This document shows, one piece after another, positions 1 through 8,215 of a DNA stretch of 64,000 bases (the first letter of the stretch is position 1; the number at the start of each line of letters is the position of its first letter). The translations under genes were made by a program, and so were the position numbers. The notes below the pieces were generated by a model, which made no database searches, was not told where the DNA came from, and was given only the letters and a program-made list of their open reading frames with translations. Source of the stretch: a virus; IMG/VR virus record IMGVR_UViG_3300046799_000011, positions 32,001 through 96,000 of that record. The stretch is one strand, 5' to 3'.

Positions 1-28
1 GAATTTATATGGACTGAAAGTCGTTCCA

Positions 29-130
29 CTACTTAGTTTCCTTACAATTATCGCAATACCACTTGCCTTCTCGATTAATGGTGACTCTCTTAAGTCTTCT
101 TCCACAAGTACCACAGTGGGGTGTAGGCAT
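29..130 (-). CDS. 33-aa zinc-ribbon micro-protein (MPTPHCGTCGRRLKRVTINREGKWYCDNCKETK)
   Basis: Translated by hand; AGGAGA RBS upstream; CxxC-x16-CxxC. Confidence 0.7.
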   Translation of the reverse strand: MPTPHCGTCGRRLKRVTINREGKWYCDNCKETK

Positions 131-145
131 TTATTCTCCTAAATA

Positions 146-177
146 AGAAAGGGGCTACCTTTCGATAGCCCCTTTCT
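146..177 (-). terminator. Intrinsic terminator hairpin
   Basis: AGAAAGGGGCTA/TAGCCCCTTTCT 12-bp stem just after the 183..392 stop, followed by TATTT on the minus strand. Confidence 0.8.
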
Positions 178-182
178 AGTGA

Positions 183-392
183 TTACTTCTTCTTACGGTG
201 GGTACCCTTACCGGCCGCCTTCTTCTCTGCGTCAGTAGCGGGGGTGAAAGACTTCTTCTTTTTCGCCGCCTTCTCGTAGACCGCGTCAATCATATCCGCA
301 TCTGCCTGAAGTTGTTCCATCTCAGTCTTGGTCTTCAGCGGTTTGACGTTGTTAGCCTTGGCGTGCTTACCCGACTTTGCGTTGTCTGCCAT
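183..392 (-). CDS. Small Lys-rich hypothetical protein
   Basis: GGGGAGGA RBS, terminator downstream. Confidence 0.75.
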   Translation of the reverse strand: MADNAKSGKHAKANNVKPLKTKTEMEQLQADADMIDAVYEKAAKKKKSFTPATDAEKKAAGKGTHRKKK

Positions 393-422
393 GATTTCCT
401 CCCCGGTTGTTGTAGGACTAGC

Positions 423-611
423 TTACACGGCCTGCCAGTCCCACGCAACCTTACCGGCTGCGGTCAGGATCTTGACACGGCGCTGAGTAGGCTTGATCTT
501 GTTAGGAGTCTTCTTACGCTTCTTAAGCGGCCCATTGTGGGTTCCGCCAGAATAGCGTCCTCGCTGCTTGGGGCAGGAGTACTTGTTCTTGATCCAACTG
601 ACCGGCTCCAT
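423..611 (-). CDS. Small basic hypothetical protein
   Basis: AGGAGAGG RBS, fits operon. Confidence 0.7.
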   Translation of the reverse strand: MEPVSWIKNKYSCPKQRGRYSGGTHNGPLKKRKKTPNKIKPTQRRVKILTAAGKVAWDWQAV

Positions 612-620
612 TGACCTCTC

Positions 621-755
621 CTAATTTTCCTTGAAACCCTTACACTTACAATTCGGACCTTGGCACCACTTTATGTTTTTCTGGTAGCGGCCACCATGTA
701 AATATCTTGCATGACCGCAACCCGAAGTCTTACATAAGTCCTTGCTTCTGTCCAT
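621..755 (-). CDS. 44-aa Cys/His-rich micro-protein (MDRSKDLCKTSGCGHARYLHGGRYQKNIKWCQGPNCKCKGFKEN)
   Basis: Hand translation; TGATG coupling to upstream gene; fills the gap exactly. Confidence 0.7.
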   Translation of the reverse strand: MDRSKDLCKTSGCGHARYLHGGRYQKNIKWCQGPNCKCKGFKEN

Positions 756-967
756 CAGACCTTCTCAAGCTCCACAGTTGTCCTAATACGGTACATGGGA
801 CGGACAGTCAGTTCGTAGACTACATAGGTATCAGCGGCATCGTCCTCCGCCATGTCCACAACATCTGTCTTAGCGTTGTCAATATCGGTATACCACTCGT
901 ACTGAGGGGGAATACTACCATCCTCGGTGGCAATTGTGTAATAAGTCTCAGGAAGTGCCATTACCAA
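755..967 (-). CDS. Hypothetical acidic protein
   Basis: Tight operon packing. Confidence 0.7.
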   Translation of the reverse strand: MVMALPETYYTIATEDGSIPPQYEWYTDIDNAKTDVVDMAEDDAADTYVVYELTVRPMYRIRTTVELEKV

Positions 968-1221
968 ACCTCCGCTACTTCGATGGGTAGCCAGTCGGCT
1001 ACAAGTCCGTGATCTTCACGATAGTCGTCTAGATTATCATACTCGTCTATATCTTCTTTGCACACGGTTTCCATGAATTGGTATTCAAGGGCTTTTACCT
1101 GCTGCTCACCAATTCCGTTAACCATGCGAACGTTATTGCCTTCCTCATCTGAGGAAAGAACAAAAACGGTATCAGGATCAAACTGCTGTAAGGCTTCAAT
1201 AGCTTCTCGTACAGTTATCAC
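961..1221 (-). CDS. Hypothetical acidic protein
   Basis: MxTVRExIExLxxFDPDxxxxLSSDEEGN pattern typical of small phage ORFs. Confidence 0.75.
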   Translation of the reverse strand: MITVREAIEALQQFDPDTVFVLSSDEEGNNVRMVNGIGEQQVKALEYQFMETVCKEDIDEYDNLDDYREDHGLVADWLPIEVAEVW

Positions 1222-1331
1222 AGAGTTCCCCGAATACGTTTCAGCGCAACGTTACAACACTTACACTGGTAGACGTCATTTCCTCGGAATTCCCAAAAAT
1301 GAAAACCAAATCGATGAATAAAGTTACGCAT
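1218..1331 (-). CDS. 37-aa His/Cys micro-protein (MRNFIHRFGFHFW...QCKCC...)
   Basis: GGAGAG RBS before ATG at 1331; C-terminal part of track ORF 1218..1523. Confidence 0.6.
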   Translation of the reverse strand: MRNFIHRFGFHFWEFRGNDVYQCKCCNVALKRIRGTL

Positions 1332-1347
1332 TGTCTCTCCTAAGTAG

Positions 1348-1707
1348 TTACCACCATAGTTCCACCACGTACTTACCGGTAGGAATCTCACCGATGTTGC
1401 ACAGCCACTGTAGCATGTGGTGAATCTGAGGAAGCTCATATGAATAGGTGTCATCCTCATCCAAATAGAACGGACCCTCACCCATAAGCCATCGAGCGAA
1501 ACTCTGATCTTCGTCGTCCTCAATCACGGCTCCGAGTTCAACCTCAGCTTCCACATAACTTCCATTATGGAAGCCATCATAGCCTGTGTCAAGCGCCCGC
1601 CAGGAAGCGCCAAAACCCTCCAGATGCATATTCACGAACTTATCCAGATTACCGCAGTCCACCAGGCGTGCATCCTCATACTTTAATTGGGGCTTATCCA
1701 TATTCAC
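1348..1707 (-). CDS. Hypothetical acidic protein
   Basis: RBS and GTGA overlap with upstream gene. Confidence 0.75.
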   Translation of the reverse strand: MNMDKPQLKYEDARLVDCGNLDKFVNMHLEGFGASWRALDTGYDGFHNGSYVEAEVELGAVIEDDEDQSFARWLMGEGPFYLDEDDTYSYELPQIHHMLQWLCNIGEIPTGKYVVELWW

Positions 1708-1877
1708 CGTCTCCTCTGATATTCCGCTTTTACTGCTAAATACTGGTCTCTGTACATTTCCCTGTCAGAGCCGGGAAGGCGGGAATGTCTATCAAATAGT
1801 CTCATTCCCGCCTTCAGGTCTTCTAACGTCCACTCGGCCAGATTACCGAGCTTATCACGGCCCCTTGTTGATGTCAT
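1704..1877 (-). CDS. Hypothetical protein (start uncertain)
   Basis: Operon packing. Confidence 0.5.
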   Translation of the reverse strand: MTSTRGRDKLGNLAEWTLEDLKAGMRLFDRHSRLPGSDREMYRDQYLAVKAEYQRRR

Positions 1878-1974
1878 TGTAAATGCAGTTCGGGGTATGA
1901 CCTGGAAACTCAGTGCCACAGGCTATGCAATTCATCCCAATGCCATGAAGAATGGCCTGCCAAATCTTACGCAT
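1855..1974 (-). CDS. 39-aa Cys/His micro-protein (MRKIWQAILHGIGMNCIACGTEFPGHTPNCIYNDINKGP)
   Basis: Hand translation; AGGAG RBS directly after thyX stop. Confidence 0.65.
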   Translation of the reverse strand: MRKIWQAILHGIGMNCIACGTEFPGHTPNCIYNDINKGP

Positions 1975-1982
1975 ATAAACTC

Positions 1983-2684
1983 CTAGTTAAACGGCTCATC
2001 AGGAAAATCCTGATAGGTTTCTTTAGCAATAACACGAAGCTTAGCCAAAATCTCGGTAGCGAACTCTCTGATCTCAGCATCAGCATGAACACTATAGCGC
2101 TTGTGCAGCATGTCACGCCAGGCTCTGTGATTGCCTGTAACTACTATACGTGTTTCCGTGCTTCCTGGCAAGATGCCTCGGGCAGCTTCACGGGCCTGCT
2201 TACGTGTCTTGCCCTCTCCCTGGAGAACTGTCACCAGATCCGTATACACATCGGTAACTTCTTGCTCCATGGAACCTACTGCCGAAACGCCCCCCTCACG
2301 CAGGGCAGGGTGAATGACGTTTTTGGCATCCTCCATATTAACAAAGCGCTGAGACAACTCACTGTAGCTTAGGTGTCTGTGTCGGATCAACTCGTGCGTC
2401 AGATTACGGCTTACGCCTTCAACATAGAAGGTTGCAGTGCCGTGTTCGAGAACAGAATAGTGCTGCTGCTTCAGGATATTGGCAATATAGCCTTCATCAG
2501 TTGCTGTTTCTGGATTAGGCATATTCCAGGACTGGTAACAAGAACGCCCCGCAAAATGTGCGAGGCGATCTGCGTCATTCCCAAATATGCCCTCTTCGGA
2601 TTCATCGAACTTAATGAATTCAGTATCTGCAATAGATTCAGGCCACGTCTCAATATGAGTTCGGGCCAAGAGGGTTATCTTCAA
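1983..2684 (-). CDS. thyX: FAD-dependent thymidylate synthase
   Basis: ThyX motif RHRHLSYSELSQR, HYSVLEH, AREAARGILP. Confidence 0.96.
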   Translation of the reverse strand: MKITLLARTHIETWPESIADTEFIKFDESEEGIFGNDADRLAHFAGRSCYQSWNMPNPETATDEGYIANILKQQHYSVLEHGTATFYVEGVSRNLTHELIRHRHLSYSELSQRFVNMEDAKNVIHPALREGGVSAVGSMEQEVTDVYTDLVTVLQGEGKTRKQAREAARGILPGSTETRIVVTGNHRAWRDMLHKRYSVHADAEIREFATEILAKLRVIAKETYQDFPDEPFN

Positions 2685-2843
2685 TTACTTTACCTTTGTA
2701 TAGTTCTGTGCGAGTTGACTGTAAGTAACGGTAATACCACCAGGATTCAAAGTTACTACCGAATTACCACGGGATACGCTGGCTACTGTGTAAACTTCAT
2801 CCTTGATCTGATTGTGCGTGTACTTCTCGCCCTTTGCAGGCAT
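2685..2843 (-). CDS. 52-aa hypothetical protein (MPAKGEKYTHNQIKDEVYTV...)
   Basis: Hand translation; GGGGAG RBS; fills the gap exactly. Confidence 0.65.
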   Translation of the reverse strand: MPAKGEKYTHNQIKDEVYTVASVSRGNSVVTLNPGGITVTYSQLAQNYTKVK

Positions 2844-2853
2844 CGTTACTCCC

Positions 2854-3321
2854 TTATGTAGAATACTTATCCACGCGATTGTCTAAATCTCGTCTTGCTA
2901 TTCTGCGTGATAGTTCTCTGGATACTACCTTGGATGCAGCCTCCAGGTGGGTATACTCCGATTTTGATAATTTCGTTACAGCATATGCTAGCTCAACCGC
3001 GTCTTCCGCGTCAAGGTACTCTTCTTCCTGCTGAACCATAGCCTTTGTAGCTGCTACAGTCTTTTCCTTCTTATGCATGATGCTATAGCGATCAAACGTT
3101 CTCTGTAATAGCCGATCAGCCCTACGCTCCGCAATCTCATTCAGAGCCACTTGGTACCCAGCGTAGCCGGTCCAGTTGGTGAAGTCAACCAGAAGATCCA
3201 TTAGTACCGCGTCAGGTAGGTCGGACAATCCGGGCGGAAGTACTGGTTGGTCTTCTGATGGTTTTTCTCTCAGAGTTGTCGTTGTTAACCAACCGCTCTG
3301 AATTGGACTTATTCTTGCCAT
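2854..3321 (-). CDS. Helical protein, possibly UvsY-like recombination mediator (start uncertain)
   Basis: Coiled-coil pattern KTVAATKAMVQQEEEYLDAE...SRELSRR; sits in a recombination gene cluster. Confidence 0.45.
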   Translation of the reverse strand: MARISPIQSGWLTTTTLREKPSEDQPVLPPGLSDLPDAVLMDLLVDFTNWTGYAGYQVALNEIAERRADRLLQRTFDRYSIMHKKEKTVAATKAMVQQEEEYLDAEDAVELAYAVTKLSKSEYTHLEAASKVVSRELSRRIARRDLDNRVDKYST

Positions 3322-4246
3322 ATTGCTCGCAATCTTTACACGTAGTCCCAGTAACACATTCAGGGGGAGCCATATGTCCATCCAAGGCACCCTTTATGAA
3401 ATAACACTTGGTAATAACTTCGTCAGAGTGGTTGGGATCATACTTGACCACAAATTCCTTGACGCCCTGATTGAACTTCGCTTCATAGATAAAGATAATC
3501 TTATCGAATGGCAGACCCATTATGTTACAAAGACGCAAGTACAATTGTCCCTGATTTATATGAGAGGGGAAAGGCTCCTTTATATCCTTCCAAAGCCCCT
3601 GAAGATCAATCTTCTGCCCCTCGGTGTTCTTGGCATAAATATCAGGTGCTTCTATTCTAACCGTACCCGCTCCTACCGACTTTATCTCGATAAGGGCATT
3701 CAAATGAGGAACAGCACCATCCGCGTGGCCCTTGATAAGATACTCATCTGCTGACAAAGGTACTTCGGTATATATGACGGTATTTCTATGCGCTTCCCAG
3801 TCCTCAGGATAAACACCAGAGCGACAAGAGTTTACATTAGGACAACGAACAGGAGAAGTATCTTCCCAAGTAGTGTCACACAGCACGCAATGCCAATTGC
3901 CCCACAGCTTACCCATTTTCTGAAGTCGCTTCTGCCACTTGTCGTGGATGTGGTGACCCTCATCAAAGATGTTGAGTAGCTGGACACCTACACTCTCAGC
4001 GGGCTTGAGAAAGGGGTTAGATGCCTCTCTACAGGCCAAAATCCGGTAGTAGGTAGCCCGGGGACACCAGGAGGATTTGACAGTCTCAGACGGGTGCACA
4101 ATGTCTTGACGACGGGTAGACGGCTTGGCATGTTCCTTCAGCATGTGAGCTTGAATATCTCCCAGGAGAATAGTTCCCTTGGAAGCGTTAGCATAGTTGG
4201 CTAGATTTCCTGAGAGTTTTGGTCCCCAGCCGGATTTGATTGCCAA
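3212..4246 (-). CDS. Cas4-like/RecB-family PD-(D/E)XK exonuclease with Cys ligands
   Basis: CPRATYY, GHHIH, GHADG, IEIKS, QGQLY, C-terminal C-x5-C-x2-C. Confidence 0.88.
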   Translation of the reverse strand: MAIKSGWGPKLSGNLANYANASKGTILLGDIQAHMLKEHAKPSTRRQDIVHPSETVKSSWCPRATYYRILACREASNPFLKPAESVGVQLLNIFDEGHHIHDKWQKRLQKMGKLWGNWHCVLCDTTWEDTSPVRCPNVNSCRSGVYPEDWEAHRNTVIYTEVPLSADEYLIKGHADGAVPHLNALIEIKSVGAGTVRIEAPDIYAKNTEGQKIDLQGLWKDIKEPFPSHINQGQLYLRLCNIMGLPFDKIIFIYEAKFNQGVKEFVVKYDPNHSDEVITKCYFIKGALDGHMAPPECVTGTTCKDCEQYGKNKSNSERLVNNDNSERKTIRRPTSTSARIVRPT

Positions 4247-4548
4247 GTTCTTCTTTCCTTTCGTAGTTTAGCTCTTTCATCTGGAGCTTTTCCTCCCCAG
4301 ACTCCCCACCGCTCATTATTTACTAAGGCGAATTCTAAACAGCCCGCTAGTAAGGGGCAAGGTCTTCCATCATCTATGCCTAAGCATATTTTCTTGGCCT
4401 CTTCTGTCTCATCCAAGGCTTCAGGATCATCCGATTCTCCATACCACGGATCATAGGCTGCCGTAGCGGGAAACAATACACACTTAGCGGTTTTCTGCGG
4501 ATCATCATGAAACCATTGGGGTGCAACACTACGTAACTTCATTACCAA
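4201..4548 (-). CDS. whiB: WhiB-family Fe-S transcription factor
   Basis: Four Cys (AKC...ICLG...CPLLAGC) and GVWGG turn. Confidence 0.92.
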   Translation of the reverse strand: MVMKLRSVAPQWFHDDPQKTAKCVLFPATAAYDPWYGESDDPEALDETEEAKKICLGIDDGRPCPLLAGCLEFALVNNERWGVWGGKAPDERAKLRKERRTWQSNPAGDQNSQEI

Positions 4549-4861
4549 TATCGGCTTCTTCCCTTAGAGATAGGTAATCTTCCTTGGAAAGAATTACCCA
4601 TGCATTACCAGTAGATTTGAACTCTACCATGAAAACTGATATTCGTCCATCCACTAGCGCATAGTTATAATTCTTCTCAAGTTCCGCATCTTTAAGAGAA
4701 TAAGATTTAGCTGATGTTATCTTTAATTCAAATAGTTCATTCTCCGTTCTTACATCGCCCTTTCTTACCCAACCATTGCCTGAGCCAGAATTGACAGAAG
4801 CCCCCGCTAGTTGCCTAGCGAGGGCCCTTTCCTGTCTCTGGCTGTCTTTTACGTCAGCCAT
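4529..4861 (-). CDS. Holliday junction resolvase (Hjc-like PD-(D/E)XK)
   Basis: QERALA...SGSG...KGDV...ELKIT. Confidence 0.8.
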   Translation of the reverse strand: MADVKDSQRQERALARQLAGASVNSGSGNGWVRKGDVRTENELFELKITSAKSYSLKDAELEKNYNYALVDGRISVFMVEFKSTGNAWVILSKEDYLSLREEADIGNEVT

Positions 4862-4869
4862 TTGTTTCC

Positions 4870-5013
4870 TTACTTCTTTGCGTCATTCCAGGACTTCGTA
4901 TTGATGTTGTAGATCTGTACCTTACCGCAACCGGAGTTACGGCACTTGGATACATGACCAGATACAACGTAGTTATGTCCTGCTGGATTAGTACAGTCAT
5001 GCCTCTCAGGCAT
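4870..5013 (-). CDS. 47-aa His/Cys micro-protein (MPERHDCTNPAGHNY...CRNSGCG)
   Basis: AAGGAG RBS before ATG at 5013. Confidence 0.6.
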   Translation of the reverse strand: MPERHDCTNPAGHNYVVSGHVSKCRNSGCGKVQIYNINTKSWNDAKK

Positions 5014-5290
5014 CGATCTCCTTCTTAATGTCCTTTGCCTTACTGGTAAAAGCCAGGCGGATAGTGTCACGAATAGCTCCGACACCGAACTTAAGGCCAC
5101 CGAAAGCAGGCCAACCCACAGTCACAAACCCACGGTAAAAACCGCAGACAATAAGACCAAGATCGTGACCATACTTCTTACGGTACGCCTTGAGACTCGG
5201 ACCGTTGTCAAGAATGTCACTCAGCGATGTGAAGAAACCGATCAGGTATACAATACCCGCACCAATTTCGCCCACAAGAATCCAGCTCAT
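5006..5290 (-). CDS. Small membrane protein
   Basis: Two hydrophobic segments, AGGAG RBS. Confidence 0.7.
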   Translation of the reverse strand: MSWILVGEIGAGIVYLIGFFTSLSDILDNGPSLKAYRKKYGHDLGLIVCGFYRGFVTVGWPAFGGLKFGVGAIRDTIRLAFTSKAKDIKKEIDA

Positions 5291-5331
5291 TTACTTATCT
5301 CCTAGTTGAAGTGAGTCTTCTACCCACTTAA

Positions 5332-5358
5332 GCCAGTACCCATTGATCAGGTACTGGC
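5332..5358 (-). terminator. Intergenic hairpin, possible terminator or processing site
   Basis: GCCAGTACC/GGTACTGGC 9-bp stem; poor U tract. Confidence 0.45.
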
Positions 5359-5365
5359 AGTGGTA

Positions 5366-5782
5366 TTACTTGGATCCGTCCGAAGTGCCTTGGAAGTCAA
5401 CGTCTGGGATGAGAGTAGCCGGACGGAACACCACTCGGTAGTGATATCCGCTGGCCTTAACCGGTGAACCCTGCTCCACTGTGTACGTCACATTGTCAGA
5501 CATTCCAGCATAGAACTTCTTGTACTGACTGGGACCAGTCTTACAGGTAACTGCAAGGTTCTTCGGGTCATCGATATTGATAGAGCAAGCTCCAGTGATA
5601 ACCAGAAGGTACTTATCAGTAATACCGTTGATCACCGTAATCCTACGATTAACTTCAAAGTGATCAGCAGCCTTGGACACGTTACTAGATGCTGTGTCTG
5701 CTTCGCTACTACAAGCAGTAGCACCAATTCCCAAAGCGGTTGCAACAAGAGTAGCAGCCACAAGCTTACACGTGCGGTTCAT
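5366..5782 (-). CDS. Lipoprotein
   Basis: Signal peptide with lipobox ATA-C; beta-rich mature domain. Confidence 0.8.
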   Translation of the reverse strand: MNRTCKLVAATLVATALGIGATACSSEADTASSNVSKAADHFEVNRRITVINGITDKYLLVITGACSINIDDPKNLAVTCKTGPSQYKKFYAGMSDNVTYTVEQGSPVKASGYHYRVVFRPATLIPDVDFQGTSDGSK

Positions 5783-6403
5783 TTACTTAATCTCCCACTT
5801 GTGTATGTCGTCGTTTTCTAGAAGGACTTTGTAACTCGCGTTCAGCTCTCGGAGATACACTACCATGCCCTCTGACTTAAAGCCAGAGACTGCCTTGGAA
5901 CCGTTCTGGTCAAGGTCATCCCGCAGACCAGTAACATCAAGATCGTAGAACTGACCAGCGAACAAGGTAGGAACGATGTAAAGATTAGCAATCTCGGATC
6001 GTGCCTCTGTGTGATGCAATGTCTCATACCAACGAGGGGCATTGAAGAGACTGAAACGCTTCTCCTTGAGCCCATAACCTCGCTGGATACCCAAGCCCCA
6101 CCACTCTCCGTAGTGGTCCCCAGATCCTAGCACACTGACAAGACTGTGCGCATTGTCGTACACCCAACGAGCAAATCCGAAGTTGTCCTTCTCCTTTACG
6201 GGCTGAAGGAGCCGCTTACGGGACTGAGCCCAGATGGTGTACTGATCTCCATCGATAGAGACTGTATCAACCTGGTCGGTACGATCATCATCGATATTGA
6301 ATGGACGAATACGTACACAGGAATTGGAACCGTCAATCTTCTCTGTGACCGTTACCTTTTCCTTGGAAAGGCGTGGAATAGAAGGCCACGACTTGAACTC
6401 CAT
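5783..6403 (-). CDS. RNA ligase (Rnl2-like nucleotidyltransferase domain)
   Basis: Motif I EKIDGSN, III YGEWWG, IIIa FSLFN, IV EGMVV, V YKVLL. Confidence 0.85.
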   Translation of the reverse strand: MEFKSWPSIPRLSKEKVTVTEKIDGSNSCVRIRPFNIDDDRTDQVDTVSIDGDQYTIWAQSRKRLLQPVKEKDNFGFARWVYDNAHSLVSVLGSGDHYGEWWGLGIQRGYGLKEKRFSLFNAPRWYETLHHTEARSEIANLYIVPTLFAGQFYDLDVTGLRDDLDQNGSKAVSGFKSEGMVVYLRELNASYKVLLENDDIHKWEIK

Positions 6404-6417
6404 TTGTTATTTCTCCT

Positions 6418-6642
6418 TTAGTCCTTAGCCGCGCGTATGGCGGTACCGAAAGCTACCATCATCATACCCGCGTCATACATATCCTGGTCTTCCTCATTGG
6501 CAAACTCAGGGTGCTCGTAGTCCACCAGCGCGTCAATCTCCTCATAAGTCAGCTCCGGATTCTCTGCCTCCTTGAGGGTAAACAGCCCAACAAATCGGGC
6601 AAACTCATTCTCGGCCAGCTTAACCGCTTCCGCAAAATCCAT
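6418..6642 (-). CDS. Hypothetical acidic protein
   Basis: AGGAG RBS. Confidence 0.7.
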   Translation of the reverse strand: MDFAEAVKLAENEFARFVGLFTLKEAENPELTYEEIDALVDYEHPEFANEEDQDMYDAGMMMVAFGTAIRAAKD

Positions 6643-6658
6643 TGCTATCTCCTTTGAA

Positions 6659-7042
6659 TTAGATGTACGGCTGAAGTACCGTTGTCAGGTCTACTGTACT
6701 ACCGTAGGTGGAAGGAATCAAGACCCCCTTGGTAATGCGGTTGGCCATGTTGGTTACCTTCTCAATGATGGTATAGGTGAACCCACCAGGATGCAACTCG
6801 TCGTTGTCTGTGCAAGGCAGTGTCAGACTGAAGGTACCAGGCCCGCTACTGTTGGGGGTTCCACCCAAGGAGCCGGGAAGTACAGCTACAAAGGGTGGGA
6901 TGGTAATGAATTGATCATCAGTTGCATCAGATAAAGAAGGAAGAGAGGGAATGAACTGTACTGTTCCGTTCTCCCCTGCTCCACTAATGAAATTGATGTA
7001 CTTCCCTGTCACAATAATAGTTTTTGCACCAGTAATAGTCAT
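6659..7042 (-). CDS. Stand-alone beta-rich domain resembling the N-terminus of actinophage minor tail/fibre proteins
   Basis: VTGKY...GTVQFIP...GTFSLTLPCTDNDELHPGGFTYTIIEK...TVDL pattern. Confidence 0.55.
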   Translation of the reverse strand: MTITGAKTIIVTGKYINFISGAGENGTVQFIPSLPSLSDATDDQFITIPPFVAVLPGSLGGTPNSSGPGTFSLTLPCTDNDELHPGGFTYTIIEKVTNMANRITKGVLIPSTYGSTVDLTTVLQPYI

Positions 7043-7055
7043 AGGGTTTCCTTAA

Positions 7056-8087
7056 TTAAGAATTAATGTCTATGACTAGTCTATACAATTCTTCCTGGAG
7101 ATCCATATCTTCACGTACAGCATCCTGTACAGCGGGTACACCATTCCACTTAAGCTCATTGAAATAGAACCAACCACCCTTTTGGGTAATGATTTTATAT
7201 CTACGGGCAAGGATAACCAAGTCCTTGGCAATATCAATTTCTCCCGCACGAAATCCCTTCTGGGAGTCAGCAAAGTAGAAGTCATAAGTACCTACCTGCT
7301 TGGGAGATCCTGCCTTGTTCTTAATGGTCTGAATCTTAATGGTCTGGCCTACGTAGAAGTCACCAGGATAACCTTCAAGCTTCTCCTTGATCCATTCATC
7401 CCGACTTACCTCTACCCGCTGATAGAAGGAGAAGTTCTTAGCCTTTCCTCCTGGGGTAGTTCTGGGGTCACCATGCATTACCCCGATCTTTTCACGGAAT
7501 TGATTAACCATAAAGCCTGTGTAAGGGCGCTCAGCACTAAAAGTACTTCCCATCTTGCGGAAGAACTTACCAAGCACCCTTGCGCCAGGCGCTACTACTA
7601 TGTCATCCATGCCCTTTATGTCTTCCTGATCCGCAATCAATGCAGGATAGGAGTCAACAACAATCAAGTCATAGCAATGAGAATTAGCGGCGTCAAGTAC
7701 AGCTTGAAGTCCAAGCTCCATGTGCTGAGTTTCCAGTACAGTTACTCGGTCATTATCAATACCGATTATCTCTGCCCATTCAACATCATAAGGTTCAGCG
7801 GCAAGCCAGAATACCATGAACTCGGGGTTAATCTTCTGGTTGTAGGCAATCGTATTCAGAATAGAGGTAGTCTTACCACTACTCTCATTACCATAGACCT
7901 CTACCCACCTGTTACCTGACCAGCCACCATTCAATGACAGATCCACTGAGCCGATACCAGACTTCAGTCTGGGAGCAATGAACATATCAGACGCAGTTAT
8001 AAGTTTGGGTATACCTGCCTTCTCCAGTTTCTTATTCTGGGAAGCCAGGAATACGGCTAAGTCATTATTCAATGAGGTACCTTCCAT
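7056..8087 (-). CDS. recA: RecA/UvsX-like recombinase (probable start TTG at 8072)
   Basis: Walker A GNESSGKTT, Walker B LIVVDS, NQFREKIGVMHGDPRTTPGG. Confidence 0.93.
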   Translation of the reverse strand: MEGTSLNNDLAVFLASQNKKLEKAGIPKLITASDMFIAPRLKSGIGSVDLSLNGGWSGNRWVEVYGNESSGKTTSILNTIAYNQKINPEFMVFWLAAEPYDVEWAEIIGIDNDRVTVLETQHMELGLQAVLDAANSHCYDLIVVDSYPALIADQEDIKGMDDIVVAPGARVLGKFFRKMGSTFSAERPYTGFMVNQFREKIGVMHGDPRTTPGGKAKNFSFYQRVEVSRDEWIKEKLEGYPGDFYVGQTIKIQTIKNKAGSPKQVGTYDFYFADSQKGFRAGEIDIAKDLVILARRYKIITQKGGWFYFNELKWNGVPAVQDAVREDMDLQEELYRLVIDINS

Positions 8088-8094
8088 AAATAAC

Positions 8095-8143
8095 GTAAGG
8101 GCTAGTAGAAGATAACTCTACTAGCCCTTACTGATTGTGTCAA
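8095..8143 (-). promoter_or_regulatory. Housekeeping-sigma promoter (TTGACA-17-TAGAGT) overlapped by a perfect 15-bp hairpin
   Basis: -35 at 8143-8138, -10 at 8120-8115; inverted repeat 8095-8109/8117-8131. Confidence 0.8.
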
Positions 8144-8149
8144 GCCTTG

Positions 8150-8203
8150 TTAGTGCAACTTTTCGCAGGCTAGACGGCTACACCGATGTTCCTCACACCA
8201 CAT
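8150..8203 (-). CDS. 17-aa Cys/His micropeptide MWCEEHRCSRLACEKLH
   Basis: Strong AGGAGA RBS; fills gap between upstream stop and the recA promoter. Confidence 0.5.
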   Translation of the reverse strand: MWCEEHRCSRLACEKLH

Positions 8204-8215
8204 TGTTTCTCCTAA

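Noticed and set aside
3212-4246. CRISPR-Cas locus suggested by the Cas4-like gene
   Set aside because: No repeat-spacer array or other cas genes seen; solo Cas4-like nucleases are common in phage recombination modules
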